Below the pieces are notes generated by a model that saw only the letters and a program-made list of their open reading frames with translations, searched no databases and was not told the origin of the DNA. Source: Narcine bancroftii (Eukaryota). Taken from it: a stretch of DNA of 64,000 bases. This document shows, piece after piece, positions 24,291 through 37,160 of this stretch. The position numbers and the translations under genes are program-made. Location of the stretch: assembly GCF_036971445.1 (NCBI RefSeq), contig NC_091472.1:59210001-59274000 (forward strand), written 5' to 3'. Numbering within the stretch: the stretch's first letter is position 1; every line of letters starts with the position of its first letter.

Positions 24291-24634
24291 TTGGTGTAAT
24301 TGCTACGATAAAATTTGCACTGTTGTATTTATATGCTTTCTTATGAGTTTCATATTTTCTGCAGATATATGAGGAAGGCTGCAATTGCTGGCATTTCACA
24401 GAAAATCCATTCTATCTCATTTGTTCCACCTGTTAATTCTGCAAATTGTGGAAATATTTTTCTGATCCACTCTTTGGAATATGCATTGAATTTTCCAGTT
24501 TAGATAAACTGCACTCTCATCGTTTCCTTTTATTATTTCTTATATTCCCATCTCACTGAATTTCTTCATTGATTTGCCTTAACTAATCTCCATATAGGCA
24601 TTTGTCTTAAGCCTCATCACTCCAGAGGATGATA

Positions 24635-25638
24635 AGAAAATCATGGTAGACCTTGTGTACATGGACTACAACAAGATCTTCGGCAAGTTCCAACATGATA
24701 AGATCATCTGGAAGGTTAGGATAAATCATACAATTGAATATAAAATTAACTTGATCCCCCTAGATTGGACTAGGGGGATCGATGCTCAATCCTTTGTTGT
24801 TTGTCATGAATATGATTTGGTTAAGAATGTAGTTGGAGAGATTAGTACGTTCACTGATGGCATCTAAATTGATGGTAGAGTGCACAGTGAAGATTGTCTT
24901 GGGTTATAATGGGATATTAGTCAAATGGGAAAATTGGCAGAAGAAAACATTGTAACTTAAATAAATAAGTGCAAAGTGATGCATTTGGAAAGTTAAACCA
25001 GGCCAAGATATACATAGTGAATGATCTGTTCCTGGGGAGAGTTAGAGAAAGTGGTGTAAGACATCATTTATGCACTTCCTGAAAGTTGTGAAACACATAC
25101 AGTGGTGAAGAAGTCATATGACATTTGTCTTCATCAGACAAGGTTTGGGAGGTTATGTTACAAATGTACAAAGTATTGATGAGGCTGCACTAGGAGTATT
25201 GTACACATTTTTGGTTCCCATGGTGGAGAGATTCGAATGACTGGGACTGTTTTCCATGCAATGAAGGTGCTGAGAAGTGACTTAATAGAGGTTTATAAAG
25301 TCCCAATGAACATAAATAGAGTAGTCTCATTCCCAGGGAAGGGGAATCTAAAATGAGAGGACATAAGGGGAGAATGTAAAGACTGAATGGTAGTCTGAGG
25401 GGGCCAATTTCTCATGCAGAGGGTGCTGGATGTAAAGAATGAGCTTACAGAGGAAGTGATAAAGATACATTCAATTTCAGCATTTAAAAAAAACATTTAG
25501 ACAGGTGCATAAATAGGGAAGATTTAGAGGCATTTTTGCCAAATGCAAGCAAATAGGAGCAGTTTCCATAGGCATATTGGCTTCCATGGATGAATTGGGC
25601 AGAAAGGCTTGTGCCTGCTGTATAACTCTTTGATTCCA
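24635..25638 (+). mobile_element. CR1 LINE 3' fragment
   Basis: MVDLVYMDYNKIFGKFQH (VYxDFxKAFDKVPH); ctgcactaggagtattgt; CR1-like 3' UTR. Confidence 0.75.
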
Positions 25639-25639
25639 C

Positions 25640-25800
25640 CCCCCCCCCACCAGTTTTTGTCTGATATTAACCACTCTGCCCGCAGTTCCGAGGAAAGGTG
25701 GCTGACCCAAAATTTTGACTGGATTGTCTTTCCACAGAAGTTGCTTGACTGACTGAGGTCTTCCAGTATTTCTGTTTTTGGTCCTGTCTTCTTTTCTTTC
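25640..25800 (+). mobile_element. Penelope-like 3' terminal fragment
   Basis: gacccaaaattttgac..gcttgactgactgaggtcttccagtatttctgtttttg. Confidence 0.5.
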
Positions 25801-25877
25801 CATTTTCTATACTTCACTTTTGAATTATTTTTACATCAATTAAAATTCTCATTACCTCTGTATTCTTCATGGAAGGC

Positions 25878-26125
25878 ACCTATAGAAGATGAGGGAAGGA
25901 AGGTTTAGGGGGAAAGTCAGGGGTAAGTTTTTCACACAGAGAGTAATGGGTGCCTGGAATGCATTGCCAGGGTGGTGGTGGACCCTGGGCCAATAGGAAC
26001 ATTTAAAATACTCTTGAATAGACACATGGATGTAAGAAACATAGAGGGTTATGGGTGTGAGACAGGGAAAGTTAAGATTATATAGATTGCCACCACATTG
26101 TTGTACTGTGCTGTTCTATGCTCCA
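25878..26125 (+). mobile_element. CR1 LINE 3' end fragment
   Basis: aggtttagggg..ttttcacacagagagtaatgggtgcctggaatgcattgccagg..ctgttctatg tail. Confidence 0.7.
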
Positions 26126-26337
26126 TAGTGAAATTTGGTACATACAAAATGTAGGTGTAAATCCTACCACTTATTTGTCTTGAATCTCAGTTATTTCCTG
26201 AACTATTGCCCACCAGCTCTGCATTTTGGATCTTCACCAGCACAATGATCATCATTTCTTGTGAGTTAATAGAAAGAATATCAAGACGGAGTACCCATAG
26301 TTACTCATAATGCAAAGAAGCCACATTGCCTGTGAAC

Positions 26338-27368
26338 TGTTATGAATTCAGACGACCCCAAAACCCAGCAGCAATAGAAATTCACCAAGACAAATGGTTA
26401 CTGAAACAAAAGTTGCTTTTAATTATTTTTAAACATGAAAACATGATCAAACTTTAACTTTTTACTATTAACTTAACCTAACTTAACCTCCTTCTAATTC
26501 TAAGCGCATGTGTATGTAATGTGTATATAAATTCAACAAATGTTCTTTGATTCTCATTCCAATCTCACTTCTCACTCTTCCAAGTTCACTGGTATCATGC
26601 AATTCTTATACTGTGTCCAGAATTTAACATTTATGAATTTTAACAGTCTTTGGTGCTTGAAGGGTAAATGGTTACTGCTTAGGAAGATTCTTGTTGGTTT
26701 TCAGAGAGAGATTTGTTGCTCGTTGGACACCCACAACTGATTCCTTCTGATCAGCCACTTCAGTGTCTTGCCGAAGAAATGTGCCCCATCAGGGTTTTGC
26801 AGATGATAAAGCTCTTTATTTCAGGTCACTACAAAGTTCCTTTTTGTTTCTCTTAGTTCAAGTGAAACATTGTACAGCCAGTCCCCTCCTCTTATATAGA
26901 CCACAAGGGCTTTGACCAGGCTGAATTATGAACTCATAGCCCATCTTCAAAATAGGGTTTTTCCACAAGCTTACTAGCTTGTCCTATTCCAGTCCTAGCA
27001 GCTGCTGCTGAANNNNNNNNNNNNNNNNNNNNNNNNNNNNNNNNNNNNNNNNNNNNNNNNNNNNNNNNNNNNNNNNNNNNNNNNNNNNNNNNNNNNNNNN
27101 NNNNNNNNNNNNNNNNNNNNNNNNNNNNNNNNNNNNNNNNNNATGACCTTCTGAGAACAGCAAACTGCACTCAGACTCTGGCTCTGGACCCAATCTTCTG
27201 AGAGGCACCATTCAAAGTTTTTGCAAAGGCACTCGGAGCCTGGACTGTCTGGCTTGAGCAGAGCTCTGGCATTTGAAATGAGATCTGTATGCTTGTATGT
27301 GACCTACACTAAAAAACCTGCCACAATTTATCTCCTTTACAATATAAAATATAACATTATCTGTCACA
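26338..27368. mobile_element. Probable long solo LTR (~1 kb, spans an N gap)
   Basis: TGTTAT...GTCACA termini; flanks gaac / gtac (4-bp TSD with one mismatch). Confidence 0.55.
27013..27142. other. Assembly gap
   Basis: Run of N. Confidence 1.
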
Positions 27369-27384
27369 GTACTCATTCATGAAA

Positions 27385-27885
27385 CAATTCCTCCAAAACC
27401 TGAAGCACTTTGATATGTTCTATCGCTGGCAGTTCTTTCCATATACCCACTCCTCTCTGTGCGAAGTTCCTCCTTAGGTTCCTTTTAAATCTTTCCCATT
27501 TCACTTTAAACCAATGCCCCTAGTTTTGGACTCCCCTATCCTTAGAAAACCTTTGGGACATTCACCTTATATATGACCCTCATGGTTTGACAAACTTCTA
27601 AGTTCACTCTTCAGCCTCCTACACTTAAGGAAAAAGAACTCTTAGCTTATCCAGCCTCTCCTTGTAAACCAAGCCTTTGAGCTCCGGTAACATGTCTGCG
27701 GGTTTTCTCCAGGGGCTCCTGTTTCCTCTCAGCATTCCAAATGTACAGGGGGTATAGGTTAATGCGGTGTAAATTGGGTGGCACAGACCACAGGGCCAAA
27801 ATGGCTTGTTACTGTGCTGGAAACCTAAATTTAAAAAATTATACTGTGAATTTTTTCATCATATTTCCAGCTTAATGACATCCCA
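27385..27885 (-). mobile_element. CR1 fragment interrupted by a 5'-truncated V-SINE (27693-27835, + strand)
   Basis: CR1 antisense text ctcttcagcctcctac..ccggtaacat resumes as gtgaatttt..tttccagcttaatgacatcc after the SINE V-domain and tail. Confidence 0.7.
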
Positions 27886-29513
27886 GAATATTCCAAATTT
27901 AGCTGTAACCATTTTCTGTTTGACATTCTTCAAGACGTTTCCTCAGTCTATCTTTACACCACCCACTCTTTCACACCCTTACCATCTCATATCATGTGCA
28001 CCTCACATTACCTCCTAGTCTTCAGACCAACCCCATCATTCAATCATGATCCTGCACTTCAAAAACATTCTTAAATCTACCTGCTTTGCAACCTTTCTTC
28101 TTGCATACTTTGTCTCCAGAGAACTTGACACATTGGCTATCTTCCTCCTTGCTCTTAAATGTCATAAAATAGCTTGAAACTATGAACAGTATATTTTATG
28201 ACTTACAATTCCAGTTGCTTGTGATGTTTTTAATGTACTTATAGTAATTATGTTCTCAATTATTCTTTTCATAATTGTAGATTTTTATCCATGTCAAAGG
28301 GACACGATGATAATTAATTTCTGTCCCTGAGTGATCTAAGTATATGTGCTCTTCAGCATCTTAGTTGCTTCCTTCTGATGCATGGCAATACTTCAGAGAT
28401 AAAACCAAGGGAGACACTTAAGTGGGTCATGTTGTACTGGGCCACGTCCATTGTCATGAATGCTGTTGAACTAAAAATATCAAATTATATTTTCATGAAC
28501 AGTTCAACAAAGTGAATGCACCATTGTTCAAGCAGCAAAATATTCATGGTTTCGGAGTCTGAAGCTTCTCATATTTCACCCATAACAAATTATGAATGCT
28601 TTTTGATTGTGGTTCTTTGCTTGATGCCTTCAAGAGCAAAGAGACTTAAGAAGGAGTTTATAGCTATGCCATTAATCTGAATCTGTCAGACAATTTCATT
28701 GACAAATGTTATTTGCATCAATCTCTTATTTTGCATAATATAGTCATAGAAGCTGAATTAAAAATGCATTTCTATCTTGACTCAAATATGAAGATAATAG
28801 GGACTAATTATAATGTCAACACATTGAACATTTGCGGGTGACATTTTAAAATTAAATCACCATTTTTTCTGTACTGTTGTTGCTTTAACTGCATAACCAC
28901 CATACTGTGCACAACAGGCGCAAAGCCCAGGCTTCTCATTTTCTAGCTCTGCTGTAATTATGTTTGCTTTCCTTCTACACTTGCTGGATGTAAATTCTGT
29001 AGTTGATACACAAATCACAGGCATAAACACATAATAAAACTAATTATAATGTTTTACTCATGACAGTCCTACCCACGACTACATTGGCAACTAAATTTCA
29101 TCTTGAGTTGGCAAATGGAGCAAAATGTGTGATAACATTGACAACTTCAGTCCAATTAAATGACAGTTGATGTGTTAGAAGAGGGCAAAACTAGTCAGCT
29201 GAATTAGTAGTGGTGTGGCTGTGTAATTCTGTGTCATCAGGGTGGGCTAATGATTCCGATCAATCTTCCCCAATTCTGGCGTGGACCAACATTCAGTCGG
29301 GCCCCATAAATGCAGTGCAACAATTCTAATGGTTCTCACACTGATTTCTGACAAAAATACCTCTGCGTCAAATGCATCTGTAAATTGAGGAAACTTTTTA
29401 AAAAATTCACTGTCACCCTTCTATAGCTATTGTTGCTTCAGGCAGTTAACATTGCTCTACGATATAAGCTCTTAATTTGTGGGGTCCATGAAGTCTTGAA
29501 ATCTAAATGTACA

Positions 29514-29720
29514 TTTTAGACATGCAGCACAGTAACAGGCCATTTTGGCCCAAGAGCCAATGCCACCCAATTGACCTACAACCCCCAGTATGTTTCGAAT
29601 GGTGGGAGGAAAACGGAGTCCCCAGAGGAAACCCACACAGGCAGCGCGGAATTTGAAACCCCGGTCCCGATCACTGGCGCTGTAAACACATTGCACTAAC
29701 TGCTACATAAACCATACCAC
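29514..29720 (-). mobile_element. V-SINE copy
   Basis: ttttagacatgcagcacagtaacaggccattttggccc..ggtgggaggaaaacggag..ccccggtcccgatcactggcgctgtaa. Confidence 0.85.
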
Positions 29721-30616
29721 AGCTACAGATGTAAAATATAAAGGAATATGTTTTAATCATGACTTTTTTGGAGATGATCGAAATTGGTTCAGTTGAAAAT
29801 GTAAAGATTTACCTGTCATTAAGAATAAAGATAGTTTAAAGAGTCATAACTAACTAGTTGGTGTATGTTAAAAAGAAGTGCGGGTTCTTTGATTATGTAG
29901 TTCTGAGTAATGAGTGAACTATTGGGACTTCTCCTCAGACCGGAATCACCATTGGTGCGCAGCACCTCTTAATTTTGTTCCATCTCCTGATAAAGGGCCC
30001 TGGAGTTAATTCACTGGGCAATTACTGGGAGCAGATACTGACCCTTTGACAAACAGACTGAAAATTTCACTAAATTCAACCAACTATAACCACCTGCTGA
30101 GAAACTCTAGATCACTATTTGGTGTAAAAGATTTAAATTTTAGATTTTTGCCTCATTAGTACTTGCCTCCAGGTAATTCACTTACAGGAGAGATTGCAAA
30201 TAGGAGAGCTGGAATTATGAAACATTGGGAAAGGAACCAATCAATGAGTGCATGACAATAGAACAAACATTGATTTGTTGGTTAATCTGACCAGTTAGCT
30301 TCAACTTTCTGGTAAAGTTGATGCAATTGAGCAATATAGATTGATATAAAGATGTATCATTTCTCAATTTAATTAATCGTGAAGTGAATATGTCTGGTTT
30401 TCCTGAATGGACCCATCCCAGAATCATCTGCATTCAGGATATCCTGATCTTGCAGAGGAATCCTCAAAATAGTTTCCTATGCTTTGAATAAGAGTCTCAG
30501 CTGCTCCCTGCTCCTTCTTTTGAAACATGGCTAGATCTTGACATTTTTCAATAAAGAATAGCATTATAGGTTCATTACATCTACAAATTGAAGCAATGTT
30601 CCCTCAAGTCTGACAA

Positions 30617-32457
30617 TGTTGTGGTTGCGTACTTACCTTTGTCGGGAGCGGGGCTGGTTGTTGCTGATGAAATCAGCGAAGTGATGTGTGGGAGTAATAG
30701 CACGCATGCACAGGTGTGTTAAATGTTGGTATACAAGTGATGAATCTCAGACGTAGGAGGAGGAGAGTGAGAGCATCTGGATTACCCATGTGGCAGTGAG
30801 CCAATGGGAAGGTCAGAGGAGTTTAGCTGGCTGGTTTTGGGGAGATAAATGCAATGTTGTGTCCAGTGAATAAAAATAAAATCGACTTCATAGAGTGCTG
30901 AAAGAAACCAGTGAGTGTATTCTTTATTGTAAGCTGTGGCAAATCAGTGCCATTACAAGGGGTGACCCCCATGAGTTCACAGTACCTTCCAATTTAAAAT
31001 AGTGATGAGAAAAAACCCCTTACAGGTGCAGTTGAGGAGGTCAAAATGAAGATTCCCCCCATTTTATTATGAATGCTCCAGCATAATTCACCATCTTTGA
31101 AGCACGCTTCTCTACTGTGAGATGAGCCAGAAGACGAAGTACGGTTTACTTGTGGAGCGTCTTCCAGAGCAGATTGCCTGTGAAGTGAAGGATGTATTAG
31201 TGGATCCAGACAGTAATCTCTCATATGACATTCTCAAGGCAGTTATTTTGCAGTGTACTCGGCCATCTAGGGAGACAGTCTAGGCAATAGGCAACTGTCT
31301 CAGATGCTGAGGAGGTGGCGCAGGCTAGCTGGGACAGATCCTTTTGAAGGAGATTTTTGGAAACAGAGGTTCCTTTGATGTTTACCTCATCATGTTCAAC
31401 AGCATTTGGTGAGTGTCTTTCAAATTTCCTCCCTCAATCAGTTGGAACGTCATGCCGACCTCGTTATATCCTCTACCTCTGAGTTGACGATAGAAGGATT
31501 GGCTTTTTCCCCTAGTCAACAGGAGCAAATGGAAATAGAACAACTTCTTACTGCACCATGTGACATGCTAGCAACTTATCAATTGAAGGTAGCATTAGCA
31601 CTTTCTCAATCAAAGATAATTGAGTTGGAGCAGCAAATGGCAGCACTCACTATGCAAGTCCAAGCTTTCGGAATGCAACAGGATACTTTCCATCAACCCG
31701 ATTGAAATCGTGGTGATTGAGAATGCAGTGGAGTTGACGGACGATGTATTTGTTGGAAGCATCAGTGATTTGGTGCTGCTACCTGGTCATGTCGGCCACC
31801 TTGTGACTTCTACAAATGGCAGCTGGTAAATGACCAAGCCCGACAGTAGAGGCAACTGCTGCCCATGGGCATGTTGACTGCTGTCTTTTCCTCAAAGAGA
31901 GTCTCTTGGGTGTTCAATTTCTTGTTGGTTCCGTTGCAGAGATTTCATTGGTCCGTCCTACTATGGAGGAATATGGACACCCCAATATGGCATGTATTCC
32001 TTTGACATGATGCTGTTTGCAAACGACTTCAGTCCATTTACGATGGTACTTTTCAGGTCTTATGATAGCACTTGAAGACTTTTGTGATCAACAGGAATAG
32101 AAAAGTTGATATAGTTTCCATCAACAGGTTAAAGCTGGTGTATATCGATGGACCATGTTCTGCATCGGAGCCAGAGTCAGACCAGAGTCACACCTTTGCC
32201 AGTCGGACTTACCTTAGTCCGGAGCAGTGCTGGTCACCACTGATGACATAAACGTAATGATGCACAGGAGTAATAATGAGCATGCACGGGTGTGTTAAGC
32301 GTCAGTATATGGATGATAGATGTCAGATGCAGGAAAAGAGTGAGAGTGTCAGAATTACCCATGTGGGAGTGAGCCAATGAGAAGGTCAGAGGAGTTTGCG
32401 TGGGTGGTGTTTTGGGAGTTGAAGAATGCAATGTTGTGTCTAGGGAATAATAGAATG
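30617..32457 (+). mobile_element. Internally deleted Gypsy element with two diverged LTRs
   Basis: 5' LTR ~30617-30957 ending CATTACA; PBS-like ggtgaccccc (tRNA-Trp-type TGGTGACCCCGA); gag VKMKIPPF; protease-like FLVGSVAEISLV; integrase tail YDG..VSINRLK; second LTR ~32200-32457 runs into a gap. Confidence 0.75.
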
Positions 32458-32633
32458 NNNNNNNNNNNNNNNNNNNNNNNNNNNNNNNNNNNNNNNNNNN
32501 NNNNNNNNNNNNNNNNNNNNNNNNNNNNNNNNNNNNNNNNNNNNNNNNNNNNNNNNNNNNNNNNNNNNNNNNNNNNNNNNNNNNNNNNNNNNNNNNNNNN
32601 NNNNNNNNNNNNNNNNNNNNNNNNNNNNNNNNN
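32458..32633. other. Assembly gap
   Basis: Run of N. Confidence 1.
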
Positions 32634-32989
32634 ATCAACTCTTTCTGGCAACATTAGTGAAACACTTTCTGCATTTCCGCCTTTTGTGTTAGTTTATGTG
32701 CGAGCAGTGCATTTGTTTTCACTATAAAAAATTAATCACAACAAATTAAAAAACTTGGAAAAAAAAATTTACCTATTGTGGTAAACCACCGTTATGCTAT
32801 GATTGGCAGCTATTGACTGGACATTCCTCCCAAGACCCATAGACCCTTGCAGGCTGCCCCTTTCCTTTTGCTCGAATCAGCCAAGGAGGTGGATGGTTCT
32901 TTAATAGTGTTCTGGTCTTTAGTTATTAAAAGCTTGATTGTTTCACTACTCAGCCTTTTGTGAATTATTGATGGTACATCACCTATAAA

Positions 32990-34310
32990 GTAAACACAAA
33001 AGTCTGGTTGAAGTAAAAACATAATGGTGGAGAAACTCAGCAGGTCAAACAGTGTCCTTTATTCTTTGCTTGGCTTCACGGACGAAGATTTATGGATGGG
33101 GTAAATGTCCACGTCAGCTGCAGGCTCGTTTGTGGCTGACAAGTCTGATGCGGGACAGGCAGACATGGTTGCAGCAGTGGCAAGGGAAAATTGGTGGGTT
33201 GGGGTTGGGTGTTGGGTTTTTCCTCCTTTGTCTTTTGTCAGTGAGGTGGGCTCAGCGGTCTTCTTCAAAGGAGGTTGCTGCCCGCCGAACTGTGAGACGC
33301 CAAGATGCATAGTTTGAGGCGATATCAGCCCACTAGCGGTGGTCAATGTGGTCAAGAGATTTCTTTAGGCAGTCCTTGTACCTCTTCTTTGGTGCACCTG
33401 TCTCGGTGGCCAGTGGAGAGCTCGCCATATAACACGATCTTGGGAAGGCAATGGTCCTCCATTCTGGAGACATGACCTACCCAGCGCAGTTGGATCTTCA
33501 GCAGCATGGATTCGATGCTGTCGGTCTCTGCTATCTTGAGTACTTCGATGTTGGAGATGAAGTCGCTCCAATGAATGTTGAGGATGGAGCAGAGACAACG
33601 CTGGTGGAAGCGTTCTAGGAGCCGTAGGTGATGCCGATAGATGACCCATGATTCGGAGCCGAACAGAAGTGTGGGTATGACAACGGCTCTGTATACGCTA
33701 ATCTTTGTGAGGTTTTTCAGTTGGTTGTTTTTCCAGACTCTTTTGTGTTGTCTTCCAAAGGCGCTATTTGCCTTGGTGAGTCTGTTGTCTATCTCATTGT
33801 CGATCCTTGCATCTGATGAAATGGTGCAGGCGAGATAGGTAAACTGGTTGACCGTTTTGAGTTTTGTGTGCCCGATGGAGATGTGGGGGGGCTGGTAGTC
33901 ATGGTGGGGAATGTTTGGCCTCGAAGTCAGCCTGAAGAAAACTGAGGTCCTCCATCAGCCAGTGTCCTTTATACAGCAAAGATAAAAATACATATACAAT
34001 GTTTTGAGCTTGAGCCCTTCATCATGGTTTGGAAAAATGTTGGCAGGCATCCAAATAAAAGGGTAAGGGGGAGAAGCATGGTTTTAATAGGTGGAGAAGG
34101 GAGGGAGTGCACAACAGCAAGCAAGGGAGGGATGGATGGTTAGGTGAATAGAGAGAGAATGAGGTAGAGAGCAGACAGGACGATGGGAAGGGAGGTTAGC
34201 AGAAACTGGAAACTTGATGTTAATGCCATCTGGCTGGAGAGTGCCCAGATGGAATATCATGTGTAGCTCCTCCAATTTACGGGTGGTCTTGGGGGAATGG
34301 TCCAAATGAT
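32990..34310 (-). mobile_element. Penelope-like 3' end (GIY-YIG C-terminus and pseudo-LTR) split by an RTE insertion
   Basis: KTTRKLEELHMIFHLGTLQPDGINIKF in ORF 34084-34728; hammerhead-like core at 33997-34027; terminus continues at 32990-33062. Confidence 0.8.
33063..33959 (-). mobile_element. RTE LINE, 5'-truncated with inverted 5' segment (33911-33960)
   Basis: Near-identical to 4216-5093 in reverse; perfect 13-bp TSD cagtgtcctttat at 33050-33062 and 33960-33972. Confidence 0.9.
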
Positions 34311-34314
34311 TCAG

Positions 34315-35320
34315 GCGCATGCGGCCTGGGGAAAAACTGTGAAAATGAATCCAAAATGAGCTAGGCAGTAGGAGACGGTGATGGTGGAGGGTTGTGATTG
34401 TGAATAGATGCCTGTGACTAGTGGTGTTACACAGGAAGCAAACCTGTTGTTTATAATATGTGTGAATGATTGGGATGAGGATATAAGAGACACCATCAGT
34501 TAGTCCACAAGTAACACTGAGATAGGTGGAGTTGTCGATAGTGTGGGGAGTAACCACAGACAGACATGGGGTGATATTGATATTATGGTGAATTGGCAGA
34601 TGGAGATGAATCCAAATAAATATGAGGTGTATTTTGGAAGTATTAATGGGGCTAGGAGGTAAGATTATAGGGAATTGTAAGATTATAGAAAATATTGAGG
34701 AACAGAGAGATCTTAGTATATAAGTCAAAAAAACTTTGAAGGTGACAATTCAGGTAGAAAACATGCTAATGAGGCATGTGGGATACTGGCCTTCATTATT
34801 CAGGGCATTGAGTACAACACAGGGAGATTATACACCAATTTTATAAAACTTTGGATAGACTTCAAATCTGGTTGCAAATCTGCTCACCACATGATATAGT
34901 GCTGGAGTGGTTGCTGAGAAGATTCACCACTATGTTGCCAGGGATGGAGTGTTTCAATTATGAGGAGCAAGTGGAGAGACTAGATCTGTTTCCCCTGGCA
35001 CAGAAAAGGTTAAGAAGGGGCATAAAATTATGAGGGATATGGGTATGGTAGACGCAGGACACATTTTCCCATATCAGTAGTAAATTAAGTTGGACGGCAG
35101 AGATTTAAGTTGGGGGGGGGGGGGGGTAAGAAATGTAAAGAGGGACCCTTTTCATTCAGAGAGTGTTGTACCTGGAATACTTTGCCTGGCAGAGTGATGA
35201 CAGCATTTAATTAGTGTCTAAAGGAGCACTTGAATTGTCAAGCCATGGAAGGTGATGCACAAAGTCTGGGAACATGGGATTAATTCAGATTAGCATGCAT
35301 ATGCTGGGCCAAATGACTCT
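34315..35320 (+). mobile_element. CR1 LINE 3' fragment
   Basis: gtgatggtggagggttgt..cctgtgactagtggtgttacacagg (PVTSGVxQ); RRFTTMLPGMECFNYEE..RLDLFPL. Confidence 0.75.
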
Positions 35321-35889
35321 GATTTAATGTGACCATGTTGCTACTACAACTGAAAATTTGGTATTGCTTTGGGTGCACTGACTTTGAATCAAGTCAAAAA
35401 CTACCATAGTTGAAACTGAAAGTTGAGTGTTAAGTTTTAAATTCCTCAGTCTTTTGCACTATTTCAATTTGTTCCATCAGATTGTATGGATGTCTAGTAT
35501 TCAGCATACTAAAGCTGCTACTTCATTTCACACTTTAATGACATGGTTGTAATACCAATACTTAATTTTATTATTATCAGCTTTTTCCTTTAATTGTTCT
35601 TGATAAGGAACTAAAGCAAATCTACCTAATGATACATCCATGATAATTGAATTTAAGAAAGCACTTATAAGAGTAGAAGTGTTTCCCCCAAATCAATGGC
35701 TGATACATAATCATTTCTAGAGCAGTAATAAAAAGATGATCATAAGAAAATTAAATGAGATTTCCAAAAGTAATTAATAGACATCCCTAATATTCTAGTT
35801 GCATACTGAACATTAATTCTCACAAAGTCACTTCCTGTTCTTATGCAATAGGGAATATCTTGGGGATATCTTGTTTAATTATGCTCAAA

Positions 35890-36755
35890 CATTCAAATGT
35901 CAGATTTATTGTCAGAGAACATCCAACTCTGAGATTCCTTTGTCCTGCAGGCCAGGCAGAATTTCCACTAATTGGTAGTGCAAAACTAACTGCACACAAT
36001 GTATACATGTAAACAAATAAAATAACTGTAAACAAATAATGAATATAAACAGACTATGCAATACAGAGGAAATAAAAAAAATCAATAAAGAGTTCAAGTA
36101 AGAGTCCTTATATGAGTCTCTGATTTATTTTGTCCTTGAGGATTCTGATAGTAGAGGGGTAGCATCTTTTTCTGAACCTGGCGGTACGAGTCTTTTCTGA
36201 TAGCAACAGCACGAACAGAGCGTATGCTGGGTGGTGTGGGTCTTTGATGATTGCTGCTGCCCTCCAACGGCAGCATTCCCTGGAGATGTACTCAATAGTG
36301 GGGAGGGTTTTGCCTGTAATGTCCTGGGCTGCGTCCACTATGTTTTGGGCTTTACATTCAGGGGTATTGGTGTTCTCATACCAGACTGTGATGCAACCGG
36401 TCAAAACATCATACCTCTGTAGAAATTTGCCAGGGTTCTGGTGTCATACCAAACCTCTGAAAAGTCCTGAGGCAGTAGAGGTGTTGATACGCTTTTGTTG
36501 GGTCCAGGAAAGATCCTCTGAGATAGTGACTTGCAATAACTTAAATTCGCTCACCCTCTCCACCTCGGATCCCCCAATCACTGGATTATATACATCTGTC
36601 TTTCCTTTCCGGAGGTCAACAATCAGCTCCTTAGTTTTGCTGACATTGGGTGCAAGCTTGCTGTTAGTGCACCATTCAGCCAAGTTTCCATCTCTCTCCT
36701 TTATGCTGACTCATCACCTTTCTTTATACAACCCACTACCATGGTATCGTTGTTA
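35890..36755 (-). mobile_element. Rex1/Babar-type LINE 3' fragment
   Basis: EWCTNSKLAPNVSKTKELIVDLRK..VERVSEFKLLQVTISEDLSW; TGCITVWY..AAAIIKDPHHPAYALF. Confidence 0.85.
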
Positions 36756-36919
36756 AGGTGTTAAGGTGATCACTAATTGTGCCTTTTTTATGGGCTCAGA
36801 AAGCACAAAGAGAAGGCAGTTTCATGGTTCCAATAACTTGGTTGCTTTTAGTGATTTGGAATTATGATTTTGATGTTAGTCCTCTCAGGAATCAATCTAA
36901 CACACTGATGCATTGAACA

Positions 36920-37160
36920 TCTTTAATGAAACAGATAAATTGCTTCCATGCTGTCCCAGACCTTGTGCTGGACCATGAACTGCTTGAGCACACTAATTAC
37001 TTATCTTCAAAACCTGGAGGAGACTTGTCTGGTATTATCTTCTGTTGGGAACCTGGATAAGAACTGATTGGTAAGACTCAGTGCAATGGGTGACCTTCTG
37101 AAGCACAATGTCCTTGATAAGTCTTGAGAGAAGGTGAAGACTTGTATAAAACTTACTGGC
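36920..37160 (-). mobile_element. Old CR1-group LINE fragment
   Basis: cttctgaagcacaatgtccttgataagtc..cttactggc, antisense of the RT N-terminal RPVS region. Confidence 0.4.

Noticed and set aside
32234-32727. ORFs spanning N runs (also 26934-27211)
   Set aside because: Artefacts of translating assembly gaps.
34084-34728. 214-aa minus-strand ORF
   Set aside because: Chance fusion of antisense CR1 with the PLE GIY-YIG tail.
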